Assembly: GCA_963819095.1 (NCBI GenBank)
Contig: CAWFUO010000006.1
Location: 1,280,002 to 1,344,001, forward strand
From: Candidatus Dormiibacterota bacterium
Lineage (GTDB): Bacteria; Chloroflexota; Dormibacteria; Aeolococcales; Aeolococcaceae
Direction: 5' to 3'
Length of the DNA: 64,000 bases
Numbering within the stretch: the stretch's first letter is position 1; the number at the start of each line of letters is the position of its first letter. The notes below the pieces were generated by a model. That model worked only from the letters and a program-made list of their open reading frames with translations, was not told the DNA's origin and ran no database searches. A program made the position numbers and the translations under genes. This document shows, in pieces, positions 60,011 to 64,000 of this stretch.

Positions 60011-60589
60011 CGGAGCGCGTGTCGATGCAGGCGGAATGTCAACAGGTGTCGGCGCGGCCGACTCGAGCAATGGCGCTGGCGTGGTGGGCGTTCCTCGTCG
60101 GCCTCGTGCATCCGTGTCAGCGTGGACCCCGTGTGTGCCTTGAAGCGAGTCAACTCATTGGAAATCCACGGGAGATTCGCCTGCTGCACGCGGGGCATGG
60201 TGCGCGGATCGCCGGCGTCCGGCGACACGTCCGCAAAAAAAATATCACCATCTCATCGGAACCCCAAGGGAGTTTCGTCTGATGCGCGCGAGGCTTCCCG
60301 CGCACATAGCCGGTACCCGGCGACACGTCGGCGATAGCCATGGCACGAGCATGCCATGTATTTGCTTACGTAGCGCCTACATTTTTCCAGCAAAGCACAC
60401 CAGCAAGCTGCTCGGTAAGTCCGGAGTTCCTTGACACCGCGGTTCCAGGACATGGTTGACAGATAGCTCAGGACGCATCCGCCCGGCGAGCATACGCACT
60501 ACGTTGACACGCTTCCTACGGTGAAAGCTGCTTAGCGGCCTTCGCGCCTTCCACGTGATCATGCGAATGGAGCGGATCGCGCGAATTGC

Positions 60590-60762
60590 GCGCACATCGC
60601 GTTTCCGGCGCACATCGCGTTTCCGGCGCACATCGCGTCTTCCGGCGCACGTCGCGCGTCCAGCGCACTTCGCGAGGTTCGCGCACGTCGCGCGGTTCGC
60701 GCACGTCGCGATTCGCGCACGTTGCGTCGCTCGAGCGCACCGCGCTATTCGCGAACGTCGCG
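60590..60762 (+). repeat. iteron array: 8 good plus 2 degenerate copies of GCGCAC(A/G)TCGCG at ~18-bp spacing
   Basis: Copies start at 60590, 60608, 60626, 60645, 60663, 60681, 60699 and 60715, with degenerate copies at 60735 and 60751. Spacers are TTTCCG / (C)GGTTC / ATTC. No ORF is credible here. Confidence 0.9.
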
Positions 60763-61150
60763 TCCGCTCGTGCTAGTGAACTCGCCTTGCGGTCAGCGCC
60801 CGTGTCGGTCGCTGCGCGAATTCGGTCCGCGCTGCTGGCACCGCGACAGTAGGGGCAGCCGCGTCGGCGGGTAGTCTGCGCGGTCGGACGCGTCGGCAGC
60901 GCCTCGTGCTCCTCGGCATCACCTCTCGGTCCTCCGCCCGCCGGCCATCTCCTCTCACCTTCGACAGACGCACACCTGCTTCACGCCGTCCGTTCGTCAC
61001 CGCCTTCACCGCCTCGCGCACACGCATCGACGACCCTGAAACGCACACAGTTGCATCGCTGATTTCTTCCAGATCAAACGTTCCGAAAAAGTAAGCGCTC
61101 TGTAGGCGTTTTCTCCCTACGCTGAAGCCCGTGCAGGACGGGTTTCCGCG

Positions 61151-64000
61151 ATGATCTCGATCGGCAAGCTCACCAGCGTCGAGCAGGCGGTGCGGTACCT
61201 GCGCGAGGCGGTTGCGCAGCAGCAGCTCGAGTACTACACCGCCCGCGGTGAGTCGCCAGGACGATGGAGAGGACCCGGTGCGGAAGTGCTGGGTCTGCGC
61301 GGCGAGGTGACCGACACCGACTTCGCCGCGGTGCTCGCCGGCACACATCCGCGGACGGGTGAGGAGCTCGGCAAACACTGGCGGAGGCAGACGGTCGTCG
61401 CCTTCGACGTGACCGTGTCCGCACCCAAGGACGTGAGCATCCTCTACGCGCTCGGTGACGAGCGCACGCGGTCCACCATCCTGCGCATCCACGGCGAGGG
61501 AGTCCAGGCCGCCGCCGAGTATCTCCAGGCCAACGCCGGCTGGGCGCGCCAGTACAACGCGGACACCAAGACCACCGAGGCGGTGCGCGCCAAGCTGGTC
61601 ATGCCCGAGTTCGTGCATCGCACCGCCCGGCCGGTGACCGATCCGAGCCACCGGCACGGTCACCGTCGACCCGCAGCTGCACACGCACATCACCGTCCCG
61701 ACCTGGGTGCAGCGGCCCGACGGGAGCTGGAGCCAGCTGCACAGCGAGCCCCTGTACCAGCACGCCGCGGCGGCCGGCGCCATCGCCCAGGCGGAGTGGC
61801 GCGACCGTCTGGTCCGCGAGCTGGGCATCTCCACCGTGGTCGACGGCAAGGGCTGCTTCTCGATCGTCGGCATCACCGATGCCCAGCGGCGCGAGTTCTC
61901 GCGCAGGTCGCTCCAGATCGACGCCGCGGCGGCCGCGTATGACGTGACCACACGCTCCGGGCGCGAGGTGGCCACCCTCGACACCCGCGAGGGCAAGCAC
62001 GAGGTCGCGGCCACCGAGGATCTCTTCGCCCGATGGCACGAGCGTGCCGCGAGCGTCGGGCTCGACGGCGAGACGGTGCAGGCGCGTGCTCGGCCGTGAG
62101 CCCGGTGCGCTGGAGCCGCGGCGTCTCGACGTGCAGCGCTCGGTGGACATCCTCGGCGTGCACGGGCTCACCGCCCGGCAGGCGACCTTCACCCGCCGCG
62201 ACCTCATCCGCGCCGTCGCCTCGCACGCGCCCCTGGGCATGAGCCGCGCGCAGCTCGAGGCGACCGTCGACTGGATCCTCGCCGACCGTGATCGGTGCAG
62301 CCCCTGCCACCCCGGCTGCGCGAGGGCGAGACCGAGCCCGAGGCGATGCTGCGCTGGACCGAGACCGGCCATGACCTCCGATACACCACGCCGGAGATGC
62401 TCGCCCTGGAACGGGGCATGGTGGCGACTGCCCAGGCGCGTGCCGGCGCGGGCGTCGGGATGGCCCGCGCCGACACGGTCGCGGCGGCGATGGCTACGCG
62501 TCGGACGCTCACCGCTGACCAGAAGGCCATGATCCAGGAGGTCTGCCTCAGCCCCGCCGGCGTGCTGGTGATCGAGGGGGACGCCGGGGTGGGCAAGACG
62601 TACGCGCTGGAGGTCTGCCGCGAAGCCTTCGATGCCTCCGGGGTCGAGGTGGTCGGCTGCGCCCTGGCCGGACGCGCCGCCGAGCTCCTCGAGGAGGGCT
62701 CGGACATCGCCTCGACCACGGTGGCGGCGACGCTCCACCAGCTCCAGGTCGAGCGCCTGCCCTACGGCGGTGTGCTCGTGGTCGACGAGGCGGGCATGCT
62801 CGGTGACCGCCAGCTCGCCGAGCTGGTCTCCCTGGCGGCGCGCGACGAGGCCAAGCTGGTGGTGGTCGGCGATCCCTTCCAGCTCCAGCCCATCGAGGCG
62901 GGAGCACCGATGCGCACCCTGAGCGATCACATCGGCAGGGTGGAGCTGCACGAGAACATCCGCCAGCACTACGACTGGGAGCGGGCGACCCTGCAGCTGC
63001 TCCGCGACGGTGAGGCGCGCGAGGCGTACCGCGAGTACGAGCGCTACGACCGCATCCACGACGCCCACTCGGTGGCCGAGCGGCGGGTCCAGGTGATCGA
63101 GGATCACGCCCGGCTCGAGGCCGGCGGTCTCGACACGGTCATCCTCGCCCGGCGCCGTGACGAGGTGGCCGCACTCAACGAGCTGGCCCACGCCCGGTCG
63201 GTGGCCGAGGGGAGAGTCCACGGTCCGGCGCTGACCGTCGGTGACAAGGAGTACCAGGTGGGCGACCGGGTGATCTGTCTCGCCAACGAGCGCAGCGGTG
63301 CGGTCAGCAACGGCACCCGTGGCGTGGTCACCGCGGTCGACGTCGAGCGCCAGACGCTCACCCTGGAGCGTCCCGACAAGCGCCAGCTGACCCTCGACAC
63401 CACTCACTACGACGCCATCGACCGCGGCTACGCGCTGACGGTGCACAAGGCGCAGGGGATGACCGCCGACATCGCCCTGGTGGTGGGATCCGAGGGCGCC
63501 ACCCGGGAATGGGCGTACACCGCGATGTCACGCGCCACCCTGGCCACCCACTACTACGAGGTGTTCAAGCCGCCGGAGCGGGACACCCTCGGCGTCGAGC
63601 ACTGGAGAGAAACGAGCCGATCCGCCGAGGAGCGGACCGTGCAGGCGTGGACCCGCAGCGAGTTGAAGGAGTCGGCGCTCGACTACCCGGAGCGCTACGA
63701 GACGACCCGAGCGGATCACCGTCGAGGACGACCTCCGGGAGCTGGCCACCGATCGACAGCGTGCCCTGGTCGAGATACTCGGCGGATCCGAGCTGGCCCA
63801 GGAGGCGACCCGGGTGGAGGCCGGGGAGGAGATTGACCGCCTGGTGGCTCAGCGTGCCTACGACCAGGCGGAAGGTTGGCTGCGTGAGAGGGGCATGTCC
63901 GAGGAGGCGGCGCACGAGCGGCTTGCCCGCGCGGTGGACCGCATCAAGGCGGAGGACGCCGCCGGCGGGCCGCACAACCACCCCGGGGGCAAGGCCGTCG
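61151..64000 (+). pseudogene. MobF/TrwC-type relaxase fused to RecD-like helicase, at least 4 frame disruptions; continues beyond the window
   Basis: MISIGKLTSVEQAVRYLREAV..YYT..GESPGRWRG (TrwC N-terminus), VDPQLHTHITVP (His motif), Walker A GDAGVGKTY, VVDEAGML, YALTVHKAQGMT. Pieces lie in ORFs 61151-, 61707-, 62044-, 62295- and a further frame after ~63.71 kb. Confidence 0.8.

Larger units (their letters stand above)
58087..60400 (+). repeat. tandem module B
   Basis: See module A. Homology downstream of xis is looser and interrupted by an extra ~95-nt unit (60235-60341). Confidence 0.8.
55410..64000 (+). mobile_element. integrative (probably mobilisable) element downstream of tRNA-Leu; the right end lies beyond the window
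   Basis: The tRNA is followed by two tyrosine-integrase modules, two excisionase genes, an iteron array and a MobF relaxase-helicase. AT-rich patches occur in otherwise GC-rich DNA. Confidence 0.8.

Noticed and set aside
60590-60762. Short-repeat array considered as a CRISPR
   Set aside because: Repeat cores are only 12 nt with 4-8-nt semi-conserved spacers (18-bp period). There are no unique 30-nt spacers and no cas genes, so it is called an iteron array.
55410-64000. Search for a direct repeat of the tRNA-Leu 3' end (attR or an internal att)
   Set aside because: No copy of ..GGTTCAATTCCCGGGCCCGGTA or a substantial part of it was seen by eye inside the window, including at the 58.06-kb junction. 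The element boundaries therefore stay unassigned.

Overview
High-G+C, actinobacterial-type chromosomal segment; G+C was judged by eye, not computed. Taxonomy is inferred only from gene content and synteny, for example a divergent trkA-trkA / APC-permease arrangement like the mycobacterial ceoBC locus. About 55 kb is ordinary chromosome. It holds a selenocysteine-decoding locus (selA, tRNA-Sec, selD), aerobic benzoyl-CoA (box) genes with a benzoate-CoA ligase, and the TrkA pair. It also holds a xylose regulon: a binding protein, two ATPase+permease modules, a ROK regulator, xylB and xylA. Further genes include an HD-GYP protein with a PKD tail, a strongly disrupted type III PKS / ICMT-methyltransferase / flavoprotein (srs-like) cluster, DUF1800/DUF1501, NfeD/SPFH, rarA and a zinc-ribbon-cyclase-STAND protein. 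The last ~8.6 kb (55.4 kb to the window end) is an integrative, probably mobilisable element directly downstream of tRNA-Leu(TAA). It carries two tandem ~2.6-kb modules (integrase, DUF4160, DUF2442, convergent excisionase) that are roughly 97% identical by eye. A 30-nt pure A/T tract sits at their junction. An 18-bp-period iteron array follows, then a MobF/TrwC relaxase-helicase that runs off the window. Two window-wide oddities stand out. First, there are about 30 reading-frame disruptions, unevenly distributed, and several map onto C/G homopolymer runs, so either consensus indels or real gene decay could explain them. Second, a ~1-kb essentially perfect direct repeat is embedded in two otherwise diverged ABC transporter modules. 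All functional calls come from reading the translations for family-diagnostic motifs; no database search was run.
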